Below, piece after piece: positions 20,425 to 30,186 of a stretch of 64,000 nt of DNA. The DNA comes from Chthoniobacterales bacterium (GTDB lineage: Bacteria > Verrucomicrobiota > Verrucomicrobiia > Chthoniobacterales > Chthoniobacteraceae). Under the pieces are notes generated by a model. That model did not search any database and was not told where the DNA came from. It was given only the letters and a program-made list of their open reading frames with translations. Within the stretch, counting starts at the first letter, position 1. Each line of letters opens with the position of its first letter. The stretch spans positions 96,001-160,000 of the forward strand of contig JBBQZX010000008.1 in the NCBI GenBank assembly GCA_038207335.1, given 5' to 3'. The translations under genes were made by a program, and so were the position numbers.

Positions 20425-21488
20425 GCGCCGGAAAGTTCCAGCCAACGGGGATTTTTCTCCGCGTGCTCCGCGATCTCTGTGAGCACGGATTGCATCGGGC
20501 GCCGGGGTTTCCAATCCCAGAATTTTTCCGCACGGCTGCTGTCCATGACCATCCACGGGATGTCGAAGCGGCGAGGCCTGCCATCGGGTTCCACCGTGTG
20601 GGAGCCGAATCGTTCCGCGCACCACGCGCTGAGTTCCGCGAGCGACATGGCGTTTTCCGGGCCGCCGCCGGCATGGGTAATCCTCGGCGCGGATGCGTCA
20701 GGGTTTTGCATTTGCCGCACCAGCAACGGCACGAGATCGGCCGGGTGCAGCATATCGCGCACTTGGCCGCCCAAACCCTCGAAACCGAGGTAACGCAGCG
20801 GAAGCCGGGCGCGCCAGGCATGAAGCCAATAAGAGAATATGCCCTGCTCCGCAGTCCCGAACTGTCCCGGTCCCGCCAAGACCCCGCAGCGGTTGATCCA
20901 TACGGGAAAGGAAAACGTCGCGCCGTATTCGAGTGCGAGCTGCTCGGAAGCCAGTTTCGTGCTTCCGTAGAGCGAAATGGGCGGTTCGGTGCTGAAATCC
21001 TCGCGAAGGCCGCGGGCGCTCACTCCCGGCGCGAGGGGCTTGGCGTCATCCAGCTCAAAGCGCAGGCCCTCCCGCCGAAGCGGCAGGCTGGTGAGCGCAG
21101 CGATCGAGTAAACACGGCTCGTGCTCAGCAGGATCAAGCCGGCGGCGGTGCGCCGACAGTATTCGAGCAGGTTGATCGTACCGAGCAGGTTGTGCTCGAC
21201 GAGCTGTCGGCTGCTGGCCTTGCCATCAATACCCGCCTGCACGCTGGGATTCGCGGCGGCATCAATCACCCAATCGACGGGCGGGAGAGTTTCCAGATCG
21301 CTGGCAGAGCGCAAATCACCATGGAGAACCCTAACCCTGGATTTCTGAAGCAAGGCGCGATTCGTTTCACTGCCGGGGCGGCTCAAGTTATCCATGCCCG
21401 AGATTTCCAAACCGGGCGAATGGCCGCAGAATGCCTGCGACAAGGCCGCTCCGGCAAATCCGCAAATGCCTGTGATGAAAACCTTCAT
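20421..21488 (-). CDS. Second CDP-paratose 2-epimerase-like NAD-dependent epimerase
   Basis: ITGICGFAG, DNLSR, AANPSV, STSRVY, YGSTK, GQVRD. Confidence 0.85.
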   Translation of the reverse strand: MKVFITGICGFAGAALSQAFCGHSPGLEISGMDNLSRPGSETNRALLQKSRVRVLHGDLRSASDLETLPPVDWVIDAAANPSVQAGIDGKASSRQLVEHNLLGTINLLEYCRRTAAGLILLSTSRVYSIAALTSLPLRREGLRFELDDAKPLAPGVSARGLREDFSTEPPISLYGSTKLASEQLALEYGATFSFPVWINRCGVLAGPGQFGTAEQGIFSYWLHAWRARLPLRYLGFEGLGGQVRDMLHPADLVPLLVRQMQNPDASAPRITHAGGGPENAMSLAELSAWCAERFGSHTVEPDGRPRRFDIPWMVMDSSRAEKFWDWKPRRPMQSVLTEIAEHAEKNPRWLELSGA

Positions 21489-21635
21489 GGGAAATCCGCA
21501 AAATTGCACGGATGGGCAAGCCATGTAAACACGGGATGGACGCAACCTCTTCGCCTGCCGGTGGTTGATCGCTGCATTTCAACCTTTGCAGAGCCCGGCG
21601 CTTTCGAGTTTGAAGGAGGCTGTGACTCTTCCGGA

Positions 21636-22613
21636 ATGATTATCACCCGCTCACCTTTGCGCATTTCCCTCGGCGGCGGCGGCACGGATTTGCCGTCTTA
21701 TTATGAGGAGCACGGCGGGTTTCTCGTTGCGGCGGCGATCGACAAATATGTCTATCTCACGCTGCACGAGACGTTTGTGCCTGAGCTAATCATCAAATAT
21801 TCCAAAATGGAGCGGGTGAAAACGGTGGAGGAAGTGGAGCACCCGATCATTCGCGAGACAATGAAACTGCTCGGGGTGAAAGCGCCGTCGCTGGAGCTGA
21901 CCTCCATGGCGGACATCCCGGCGGGGACTGGGCTGGGGTCGTCGGGGAGTTTCACGACGGCACTTTTGAAGGCGCTGCACGCGCACAAAAATCATCTCGT
22001 GCATCCGAGCGAACTCGCGGCGCAGGCGTGCCGGATAGAGATCGACATCCTCGGTGAGCCGATCGGGAAACAGGATCAGTACATCGCGGCGTATGGCGGG
22101 CTGACTTGTTTTGAGTTCAAGCCGGACGGCAGCGTGGTCGCGGAGGCGCTGAAAATTTCGCAGGAGACGATCTTCAATTTGGAGGACGATCTGCTGCTTT
22201 TTTTCACGGGTTATTCGCGCTCGGCGTCGGCTATTTTGAAAGAGCAGGACGTGAAGAGCAAAGGGCGCGACCAGGCGATGATCGACAATCTGCATTTCGT
22301 GAAAGAGCTCGGATACAAGAGCCGCGCGGCGCTGGAGAGCGGCGATCTCGCGGAGTTTGGGCGGCTCATGGATGTGCATTGGCAGAACAAAAAGAAGCGC
22401 TCCGGCGGCATGAGCAATCCGCGCATCAATGAATGGTACGAGCTCGCGATGGCGAATGGCGCGACGGGCGGAAAGCTGATCGGCGCGGGCGGCGGCGGCT
22501 TCCTCATGTTTCACGCGAGCGACAAGGCGCGGCTGCGGCATGTGCTGCGCGAGGCGGGGATGACGGAGGTGCGCTTCCGTTTCGATTTCGAGGGCACCAA
22601 GCGGGTGATCTGA
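21636..22613 (+). CDS. hddA: GHMP sugar kinase, D-glycero-alpha-D-manno-heptose-7-phosphate kinase (HddA)-like
   Basis: PLRISLGGGGTD, DIPAGTGLGSSG, GKQDQY, GGKLIGAGGGG. Confidence 0.82.
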   Translation: MIITRSPLRISLGGGGTDLPSYYEEHGGFLVAAAIDKYVYLTLHETFVPELIIKYSKMERVKTVEEVEHPIIRETMKLLGVKAPSLELTSMADIPAGTGLGSSGSFTTALLKALHAHKNHLVHPSELAAQACRIEIDILGEPIGKQDQYIAAYGGLTCFEFKPDGSVVAEALKISQETIFNLEDDLLLFFTGYSRSASAILKEQDVKSKGRDQAMIDNLHFVKELGYKSRAALESGDLAEFGRLMDVHWQNKKKRSGGMSNPRINEWYELAMANGATGGKLIGAGGGGFLMFHASDKARLRHVLREAGMTEVRFRFDFEGTKRVI

Positions 22614-22615
22614 GA

Positions 22616-23332
22616 ATGGGTCTCGCCGGCACTCCAGTCGCGATCCTCGCGGGCGGGCTCGCGACGCGGCTGCGGCCGATTACGGAGACGGTGCCGAAGG
22701 TGCTCATTCCGGTGGCGGGGCGGCCATTTCTGGCACATCAGCTCGAGATGCTGCGCTCGCAGGGAATCCGCCGGGCAGTGCTGTGTGTCGGGCATCTCGG
22801 CGAGCGCGTGCGGGGGGAATTTGGGGACGGCAGCGCGCATGGTGTGGCGCTCGAATATTCGTTCGACGGGCCCACGCTTCTCGGGACGGGAGGCGCGCTG
22901 AAGCAAGCGTGCGGCTTGCTTGGCGAGCGGTTCTTCGTCTTGTACGGCGACTCGTATTTGCCGACGAGGTTCGCGCCGATCGCCGAGTTTTTTGAAATGA
23001 GCGGGCGGCTCGGACTGATGACTGTTTTCAAAAATGAAGGTCTCTACGACACGAGCAACGTCGTGTTTCGCGACGGCGAGATTTTGATCTACGACAAAAA
23101 ATCGCGCACGCCGGAGACGCGCCACATCGACTACGGGCTGAGCCTTTTTCGTGCGGCTGCGTTTGCGGATTGGCCAGCGCGCGAGGCATTCGATCTAGCG
23201 GATGTGATGCAGCGGCTGCTCGCGCGCGGCCAACTCGCGGGGTATGAAGTGCGCGAGCGTTTTTACGAGATCGGCTCGCACGCCGGGCTCGCCGAACTGA
23301 ACCTCCTCCTCAACTCAAAACCCACGCCATGA
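22616..23332 (+). CDS. Sugar-1-phosphate nucleotidyltransferase (HddC-like)
   Basis: AILAGGLATRL, PKVL, LGTGG, YGDSY. Confidence 0.85.
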   Translation: MGLAGTPVAILAGGLATRLRPITETVPKVLIPVAGRPFLAHQLEMLRSQGIRRAVLCVGHLGERVRGEFGDGSAHGVALEYSFDGPTLLGTGGALKQACGLLGERFFVLYGDSYLPTRFAPIAEFFEMSGRLGLMTVFKNEGLYDTSNVVFRDGEILIYDKKSRTPETRHIDYGLSLFRAAAFADWPAREAFDLADVMQRLLARGQLAGYEVRERFYEIGSHAGLAELNLLLNSKPTP

Positions 23333-23925
23333 CCTTTGCCGAACAATATCTCAGCGAAACCACCGACATCGTCTCGAAGCTCGATCCGGGCGTGATGGAG
23401 GCGATGGCGGACAAGCTCGCGGATCTGCGCGCGGGCGGCGGGCGGCTCTTCATCCTCGGCGTCGGAGGCAGCGCTGCGAATGCCTCGCACGCGGTGAACG
23501 ACTTCCGAAAAATCGCGGGGATCGAGTGCTACGCGCCGACCGACAATGTCTCCGAACTGTCCGCGCGGACGAACGACGAAGGCTGGGCGACGGTCTTCGC
23601 AGAATGGCTTCGCGGAAGCCGGCTCAATGCAAAAGACGGGCTCCTCATTTTCTCGGTCGGTGGTGGGAATCTCGAAAAAAACGTGAGCCCGAATCTCGTG
23701 CAGGCGGTGCAGCTCGCGAAAGAAGTCGGCGCGCTCGTACTCGGCATCGTCGGGCGCGACGGCGGCTTCACGGCGAAAAACGCTGACGTGTGCGCGATCG
23801 TGCCGACGGTGAATGCGGCAAACGTCACGCCGCATTCGGAGGCGTTTCAGGGCGTGCTGTGGCATCTGCTCGTCTCGCATCCCAAGCTGAAAATCGTGGA
23901 GACGAAGTGGGAGAGCGTGAAGTGA
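23329..23925 (+). CDS. gmhA: SIS-domain sedoheptulose-7-phosphate isomerase (GmhA-like)
   Basis: GVGGSAANASHAVND, ND-G...F, SPN, E..Q...H. Confidence 0.8.
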   Translation: MTFAEQYLSETTDIVSKLDPGVMEAMADKLADLRAGGGRLFILGVGGSAANASHAVNDFRKIAGIECYAPTDNVSELSARTNDEGWATVFAEWLRGSRLNAKDGLLIFSVGGGNLEKNVSPNLVQAVQLAKEVGALVLGIVGRDGGFTAKNADVCAIVPTVNAANVTPHSEAFQGVLWHLLVSHPKLKIVETKWESVK

Positions 23926-24458
23926 GCGCGGCGCGCGCGGTTTTTCTCGACCGCGACGGCGTGCTGAATGGCGCGGTCGTGCGGGATGGAAAGCCGTATC
24001 CGCCGGCGAATGCGGAGGAGTTCGAACTGCTGCCGGGAGTCGTCGAGGCGTGCCTGCTTTTGAAGGAACGCGGCTTTCTGCTGATCGTCGCGACGAATCA
24101 GCCGGACGTCGGTCGCGGCACGCAGGAGCAGGCCGTCGTCGAGGTGATGCACCGAAAAATGTGCGATGCGCTGCCGCTCGATCACGTCGAAGTCTGCTAC
24201 GATCCGGGGCAAGGCGTGGCGTCGGATTTTCGCAAACCCGCGCCGGGGATGCTGCTGCGCGCGTCGTCGCTTTTCGGGATCGACCTGAGCCAGTCGTACA
24301 TGGTCGGCGACCGGTGGCGCGACATCGACTGCGGGCAAGCCGCGGGCTGCCAGACGATTTTCATCGACCGCGGATACGATGAAAGTTTGCGCCAGCAGCC
24401 TGACTTTCGCGCCGCCGATCTGGCCGCGGCGGCGGCGCTGATTCTTCGCTTGAATTGA
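23922..24458 (+). CDS. gmhB: HAD-IIIA heptose-1,7-bisphosphate phosphatase (GmhB-like)
   Basis: FLDRDGVLN, TNQPD, RKPAPGML, MVGD; GTGA overlap. Confidence 0.85.
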   Translation: MSAARAVFLDRDGVLNGAVVRDGKPYPPANAEEFELLPGVVEACLLLKERGFLLIVATNQPDVGRGTQEQAVVEVMHRKMCDALPLDHVEVCYDPGQGVASDFRKPAPGMLLRASSLFGIDLSQSYMVGDRWRDIDCGQAAGCQTIFIDRGYDESLRQQPDFRAADLAAAAALILRLN

Positions 24459-24504
24459 CCAATTCCGAGGCGATGCCAGTCTGAAACAACCATCCCAAAA
24501 TCCC

Positions 24505-25227
24505 ATGAACCCGCTCGAATCTCTCAAAGTCAAAATCTTCGCTGACGGCGCGGACAAAAAAGGAATGCTCGATCTTTACGCCAACCCGCTGATCCAGGGG
24601 ATGACGACGAATCCGACGCTGATGAACAAGATCGGAATCAAGGACTATGAAGCCTTCGCGCGCGACGTGCTGGAGACCGTGACGGACAAGCCGATTTCGT
24701 TCGAGGTGTTCTCGGATGAGTTCGCCGACATGCGGAAGCAGGCGCTGAAAATCGCGGCGTGGCAGAAGAATGTGTTCGTGAAGATCCCGGTGATGAATCC
24801 GCGTGGCGAGGCGTCCTACGAGCTGATTAGCGATCTCGCGAACGAAGGCGTGCAACTCAATGTGACCGCAATTTTGACGGTCGAGCAGGTGAGCTGCGTG
24901 GCGGAATCGCTCTCGCCGAAGACGGCGTCGGTGGTGTCGGTCTTCGCCGGCCGCATCGCGGACACGGGTCGCGATCCGGGGCCGATCATGGAAGAAAGCT
25001 TGAAGGTTCTGCGCGACTTGCCGGCCGCGGAATTGCTGTGGGCGAGCGTGCGCGAAGTGCTGAATATTTTCCAAGCCGACGCGTGCGGCACTCACATCGT
25101 GACGGTGCAGCACGACATCCTCGGCAAGGCATTGAAAATGGCCGGGATGGACCTCACGGAGCTGTCGCTCGATACCGTGCGGATGTTCGACAAGGATGCA
25201 AAAGCGGCCGGCTTCACATTGAGCTGA
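24505..25227 (+). CDS. tal: Short-form transaldolase
   Basis: TTNP, VFVKIP (Schiff-base Lys), NVT, SVFAGRIAD. Confidence 0.9.
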   Translation: MNPLESLKVKIFADGADKKGMLDLYANPLIQGMTTNPTLMNKIGIKDYEAFARDVLETVTDKPISFEVFSDEFADMRKQALKIAAWQKNVFVKIPVMNPRGEASYELISDLANEGVQLNVTAILTVEQVSCVAESLSPKTASVVSVFAGRIADTGRDPGPIMEESLKVLRDLPAAELLWASVREVLNIFQADACGTHIVTVQHDILGKALKMAGMDLTELSLDTVRMFDKDAKAAGFTLS

Positions 25228-25274
25228 CGGCGCCAGCCCGGTCCATCGCGGAGTCCGAAGAGCAAAATCGACCG

Positions 25275-26489
25275 ATGACCGCGCGAGCCGCTCCGACACG
25301 GATACTTTCGATTTTCAACAAGTACATCGAGCGCGGCGGGGAGGAGGTCGCGGTCGAGGAAATCTGCGCGGCGCTGGCGCGTCATCCGGCGGAGTTCGAG
25401 CCGCGGGAGCTGCTTTTTCACAGCGCGGATTGGCGTCGCGAGCCGGTGCCGTCGGTGTGGAAAAAGGCGCGGTGGTTTGTGCGAAATCCGACCTCGATCG
25501 CGCGGCTGCGTGAGTCGCAATCGGCGCTGCGGGCGGATTGCTGGCTGGCGCACAATCTTTTTCCGGTCGGCTCGGCGGCGATTTATCGCGAGGCGCTGCG
25601 ACTCGGCGTGCCAATGATCCAGTATCTGCACAACTACCGCCCGTTCTCAGTGAGCGGCTATTTGTGGGATGGCGAGAAGCTCGCACCGGGCGGATTGCGT
25701 GGCTCGTTTTGGCAGGAGATCCGCGCGGGCGCGTGGCAGGATTCGCAACTCAAGACGGCGGGCTACGCGGTCGTGCTGAAGGCAATGCACGCGCTCGGGT
25801 GGTTCGAGGCGGTGAAGTCGTGGGTGGCAATTTCGGAGTTCATGCGGCAGCGGTTCATCGAGGCTGGGGTGCCGGCTGAGCGGATTTTCACGGCACCGCA
25901 TTTTTGGCGCGCGATGGAGTCGCCGCCCGCGCCGCGCGACGACGGGTATTTTCTTTTTTTGGGAAGACTGATCACGGCAAAGGGCGTACGCGTGCTTTTC
26001 GAGGCGTGGGCGCTGGTGGAGGAGGCCCTCGGCTCACGCGCGCCGCGGCTGGTGATCGCAGGCGCGGGGCCGCTGGAGGGCTCGGTGCGCGAGTGCTGCG
26101 GGCGGCGGGAGCGCGTGGAATTTGCGGGGCATGTGAGCGGGGAGAAGAAGGCGGAATTGATCGCGGGCTGCTCGGCGATGGTGGCGCCGTCGATCTGGTG
26201 GGAACCGCTCGGGCTGGTGACTTATGAGGCCTACGATTTTCAAAAGCCGATGCTCGCCGCGGCGTCGGGTGGACTGACGGAAACAGTGGTCGATGGCGAG
26301 ACGGGGCTGTTACACGAGCCCGGCAATGCGCGGCAACTCGCGGAGCAAGTGCTCGCGCTGCACAGCGACCCCGGCCGGCGCGCGGCGATGGGTGCAAACG
26401 GCCGCGCGTGGCTGGTGGGAAATACGAACGAGGCGCTGTGGCTGCAGCGCTTTGACCGGGCAGTGGAGTATGCGCTGGCAGGGCGGTGA
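25275..26489 (+). CDS. Glycosyltransferase family 4
   Basis: GGEE, LHNYR, FLGRL..KG, SIWWEPLGLVTYEA. Confidence 0.9.
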   Translation: MTARAAPTRILSIFNKYIERGGEEVAVEEICAALARHPAEFEPRELLFHSADWRREPVPSVWKKARWFVRNPTSIARLRESQSALRADCWLAHNLFPVGSAAIYREALRLGVPMIQYLHNYRPFSVSGYLWDGEKLAPGGLRGSFWQEIRAGAWQDSQLKTAGYAVVLKAMHALGWFEAVKSWVAISEFMRQRFIEAGVPAERIFTAPHFWRAMESPPAPRDDGYFLFLGRLITAKGVRVLFEAWALVEEALGSRAPRLVIAGAGPLEGSVRECCGRRERVEFAGHVSGEKKAELIAGCSAMVAPSIWWEPLGLVTYEAYDFQKPMLAAASGGLTETVVDGETGLLHEPGNARQLAEQVLALHSDPGRRAAMGANGRAWLVGNTNEALWLQRFDRAVEYALAGR

Positions 26490-26600
26490 GGGCTGCCGAC
26501 CTTTCAGGCTGACTTTAGACAAGTGCAGTTCGCCTTCGCAGGTTAAAATCCCCTGCAGCGTTTCAAAGGCAAAGCTTGCAACGGAAATTGCGTGTTCCCG

Positions 26601-28157
26601 TCACGCGCAGTCGAGTTCTACGGCGCTCACGGAGGCTGCAGGGACGCGCCAACGGTAGGTCTCGGCGGGGGGCAGGACGTGCTCCTGAGGCTGGAAGGCG
26701 CGGGGATTGATCTCGCTGGCTTCGTGGCGGAGGGAGTCGGGGGCGATGGCGAGGACTCGTGCCGCGATGATGGTCTCCCCTTTCACAGAAAAGGAAACCT
26801 CGGTGCTGCCGTTGAAGTCCTTGTTGGCAACGTGGAGGAAGACTTTCTTTCCGGTGCGGCTGGCGGCGATGTCGAGGCTGCCGGGGGCCGAAGTGACGGC
26901 GATGGCCTGGCGTCCGTTGTGGTGCTTGAAGAGGCGCATGACGGCGCCGGCCGGGAGCAGGTAGCTGAGGCGGCCGGGGATCTGGAGGAGGAGGGCGCTG
27001 GAGGTCCAGCGGTTGCCGTTGAAGTCGGCGCAGGTCGCGATTTTCACGCGGGCGCCGGCGCGCTGGTAGCTGTTCATGGAGCGGGCGTGATAGACGCCGG
27101 TGAGCCACTCGGTGAGGATGGGGTTGAGGTTTCGCGGGGAGAGGCTGAGGTGGCCCTCGGTGACGGCGAGGCCGTGCGGGGTTTTCTTTGCGTCGATGAT
27201 TTCGACCATGCGCCGGAGCCGCTGCTCCACGCGGTCGGCGAGGCCGGCGAGTTCCTGCCAGGCCTGCTCTGGATTGGACTGGTAGCGGTTGCCGGCGAGG
27301 ACGGTGTCTTTGCGCTGCGGCGACTGGCCCATCATGTGCATGGCAATGTGGTCGATTTGCTCGCCGGCGCGCTCGATCATGTCGCCGGCCCATGCTTCGC
27401 CGCGGCCGGGGAGGTCGCCCCACGCGATGAGTTGGAGCGCTGGGTCGCGCTCGCGCATGGCTTTGGCAAAGTCGATGGTGTGGGCGATGCAGTCGTCTTT
27501 GGAGAAGTTGTCGGGCGCGTAGCTGGTCTCGTTCCCCAGCTGCCAGAGTCGGAGGTTGAAGGGCTCGGGATGCCCATTGGCACGGCGTTCGCGGTCGGAG
27601 GGGTCGTTGCAATAACTGACCCAGTCGGCCGCTTCGCGCGCGTCCCCGGTGCGGTCGCCCTCGGGCGTCTTGCGGTATTCCTCACGCCCGTCGCCGAGGA
27701 AATTGACGCAGTAGAAACCTTCGCACCCGACGCGCTGGCAGTAGTCGGCAAACTCGTGCGTGCCGACGCGGTTGCTCTCCCAGCCATCCCACATGTAGTT
27801 GCGATGCCGCGGTCGCTCGGCCGCGGGGCCGATGCCTTCGCGCCATTTATAGTAGCGGCTGTAGATGCCGCCGAAGCGCATGAGGTCGGGCGCGAGGTCG
27901 CGCGTGGTCTCGATGAAGTCTGCGCGCCAGTCGTCGGCACGGTGATCCCACGAGCCCTCTACGCTGGCGTCGGTGAGGCCGAGCGGCTCCATGAATTGCA
28001 TGTGGAGCCACGGCGAGATGTCGAAGAGCGGCGCGGGATCGACGACGATCGCGGCGCCGGGACGCGGCTCTGCGGCGGATTGCGCTAGCGCTTGTCGTGC
28101 GAGGAGCGCGCCGCCAGCGACGGCCGTGCAGCGTTGGATGAATGTGCGGCGTTGCAT
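26601..28157 (-). CDS. Alpha-L-arabinofuranosidase-like glycoside hydrolase (GH51-like) with Tat signal
   Basis: MQRRTFI...ALA twin-arginine leader; F-E, RFGG...Y-W-EGIGP, GTHEF, WQLGNE. Confidence 0.8.
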   Translation of the reverse strand: MQRRTFIQRCTAVAGGALLARQALAQSAAEPRPGAAIVVDPAPLFDISPWLHMQFMEPLGLTDASVEGSWDHRADDWRADFIETTRDLAPDLMRFGGIYSRYYKWREGIGPAAERPRHRNYMWDGWESNRVGTHEFADYCQRVGCEGFYCVNFLGDGREEYRKTPEGDRTGDAREAADWVSYCNDPSDRERRANGHPEPFNLRLWQLGNETSYAPDNFSKDDCIAHTIDFAKAMRERDPALQLIAWGDLPGRGEAWAGDMIERAGEQIDHIAMHMMGQSPQRKDTVLAGNRYQSNPEQAWQELAGLADRVEQRLRRMVEIIDAKKTPHGLAVTEGHLSLSPRNLNPILTEWLTGVYHARSMNSYQRAGARVKIATCADFNGNRWTSSALLLQIPGRLSYLLPAGAVMRLFKHHNGRQAIAVTSAPGSLDIAASRTGKKVFLHVANKDFNGSTEVSFSVKGETIIAARVLAIAPDSLRHEASEINPRAFQPQEHVLPPAETYRWRVPAASVSAVELDCA

Positions 28158-28220
28158 GGGGGAGATGCGCCGTCAGCGTAACGGGTGCGGCGTTAAAAAA
28201 ACGCCGGAACCGGAGTGCTG

Positions 28221-30065
28221 CTATGCGGTCGCGGGGACAGGAGCGCGGTAGGCTTCGATCGAGACGATCTCGACCTCGCGGTCGCCTTCCTCGGTCGGGA
28301 GTTTGACTTTCGTCCCGACTGGATTGCCGACGAGCGCCTGCGCGATGGCCGTCTGGTAGCTGATGATCCCCTTCTCCGGCACGCCGTCCCATGCGCCGAG
28401 GATTGTGAAGATTTCCGTCTTTCCCGTCGCCGTGTCTTTCACCGCGACGACCGTGCCGATGCTGACGTTGCGGATGTCGGGGTTTGCAAAATCGGTGCCG
28501 CGGGCGCGTCCGAGGTCGCGCTCGGCTTCGGACTTCCGCCGCATGAGGACGCTTTGCATTTCTTTCGCGGCCTTGAATTCAAAGTTCTCGCGCAAGTCGC
28601 CGTGGCTGCGCGCGACGCTGATTTCCTTGGTGTTGTCGGGAATCTGCTTGGTGATAAGGTCTTCGTATTCGGCCTTGCGCTTCTCGAGGCTCGCCCAAGA
28701 GACGATGAGCGACTCCTGTTTCTCGCCGCTGTCGCCGGAGATCATGGACTGGAGCTCGGGATACTGGCGGATGATGCGACCGAGCAGCGAGCGCTTGTTC
28801 AGCTCCTCGAAGACGGTGGACATCATTATTTTCCGCATGGTCTCGCGGAGCTGCTCGGGCGTGGCGTCGGCGATGATGTCGTTGAGCAGGTTTTTGTCGC
28901 CGAGCAAAAGGTCGTGCAGTTTGCGGTCGCGCTTTTCGCTGAATTGATCGCGCTCGAGGGCGGAAACGATGGCGCTGAGAAGGCGGATGCCGGCGAGTTC
29001 CTTGAACGGCCCGGTGCGCTCTTTTGCGAGCCAATGCAGCGCCTCGCTCGAGATGGAATGCTCGCTGATGGCGCGGGAAAGCGCGGCCCGCAGCTCGTCA
29101 GTTTTGCCCTTCTCCACGAGCAGGCGCCCAGCCTCGCCGACGATCCGCGAATTGCCGCGGAGCGCGAGGTCGATCGCCTTGCCGACCCACTGGTCGCCGA
29201 ATGCGCCGGGCAGTTCGCCGAGAACGCGCTTGAGTTTCGCGGAGGGGATTTCGCCGAGCAGGATCGGGAGCTGGCGCTCGCCCGCCAGCAGGAAATCGGA
29301 CACGGAAGCCACGGCCAGGTTTTTCTCGAGGCCCTCGACGCGCTCGATGATTTCGTCGCGCGTGAGGATGAGGCTGAGCGCCTGCGAGGTGTGCAGGCGC
29401 TGGGTTTTGCGCGCGGTTTCATTCACCGCGGTGATGATCGGCGTGAGCTGCGCGACGGGGTCGGTGAACTCGGCGATGTTCTTCGAGATGATCTCGAGCG
29501 CGGCGATTTGGTCTTTGACCTGACGCACGGATTGGAAGCCGACGATGTATTCATCCGCGTGCGAAATCTGGTCTTCGCGCAGCTCGAACGGCTCGCTCTT
29601 CTTCCCCGGAATCGTGAAGTGGCCGTCCTTTTTCATCCCCTTCTTCGCGCCGTCGAGCCACCGCTTGAATTCCGCCTCGCTCATCACCGCCGGCACGAGC
29701 GCCTGCATGACGTGATCCTGTTTCGCCTTGCCGCCGAAGCTCGTGATGATCTGACGCATGAGGCCGACAGGATCGGCTTTGGCGCGGGCTTTCACGTCGT
29801 TGAGATTGCTGGCGCGCTGCGCGAAAATGTGCTCGTTGGGGATGAAGGTGAGCGACTCCGCGGCATACTGGAGTTGCATCGAGTGGTCTCTTTTTCCCGT
29901 GAAGTGGATCGTCATCTGACTAACGAGAAAATTGATCGAATCGATCTGGCCGAAGCCCCAGCTTTTGTGGATGACGTATGAGCCGGGCTGGAGCGCTTCG
30001 AGTGCGGCGGCGGCGGGGGGTGTGAGTTTACCGGAATCGACGGCCTTCTGAATATCGGGATGCAT
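28221..30065 (-). CDS. greA: Long-form GreA transcription elongation factor (about 450-aa N-terminal extension)
   Basis: C-terminal ARSHGDLRENFEFKAAKE and ISY..PI/AIAQALVG; N-terminal HKSWGFG. Confidence 0.88.
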   Translation of the reverse strand: MHPDIQKAVDSGKLTPPAAAALEALQPGSYVIHKSWGFGQIDSINFLVSQMTIHFTGKRDHSMQLQYAAESLTFIPNEHIFAQRASNLNDVKARAKADPVGLMRQIITSFGGKAKQDHVMQALVPAVMSEAEFKRWLDGAKKGMKKDGHFTIPGKKSEPFELREDQISHADEYIVGFQSVRQVKDQIAALEIISKNIAEFTDPVAQLTPIITAVNETARKTQRLHTSQALSLILTRDEIIERVEGLEKNLAVASVSDFLLAGERQLPILLGEIPSAKLKRVLGELPGAFGDQWVGKAIDLALRGNSRIVGEAGRLLVEKGKTDELRAALSRAISEHSISSEALHWLAKERTGPFKELAGIRLLSAIVSALERDQFSEKRDRKLHDLLLGDKNLLNDIIADATPEQLRETMRKIMMSTVFEELNKRSLLGRIIRQYPELQSMISGDSGEKQESLIVSWASLEKRKAEYEDLITKQIPDNTKEISVARSHGDLRENFEFKAAKEMQSVLMRRKSEAERDLGRARGTDFANPDIRNVSIGTVVAVKDTATGKTEIFTILGAWDGVPEKGIISYQTAIAQALVGNPVGTKVKLPTEEGDREVEIVSIEAYRAPVPATA

Positions 30066-30186
30066 GCGGTGAGCACTCTAGGGGGTGGGGAGCGGAGGGG
30101 GCAAGGATTTCGATTGCGGCGGGTGGAGTGGTTCCTGCTTCCCCGTTTCCGTTCGTGCGGGTAAAAGCCGACGAACACTTTAAAAC

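Noticed and set aside
20463..21635. Apparent 716-aa kinase with a long N-terminal domain
   Set aside because: The extension is antisense to the epimerase gene; the kinase begins at the typical MIITRSPLRIS (21636)
26592..28088. 498-aa + strand ORF
   Set aside because: Antisense to the GH51-like gene, which carries the recognisable motifs
28215..29981. 588-aa + strand ORF
   Set aside because: Antisense shadow of greA with no motifs; typical of high-GC codon bias
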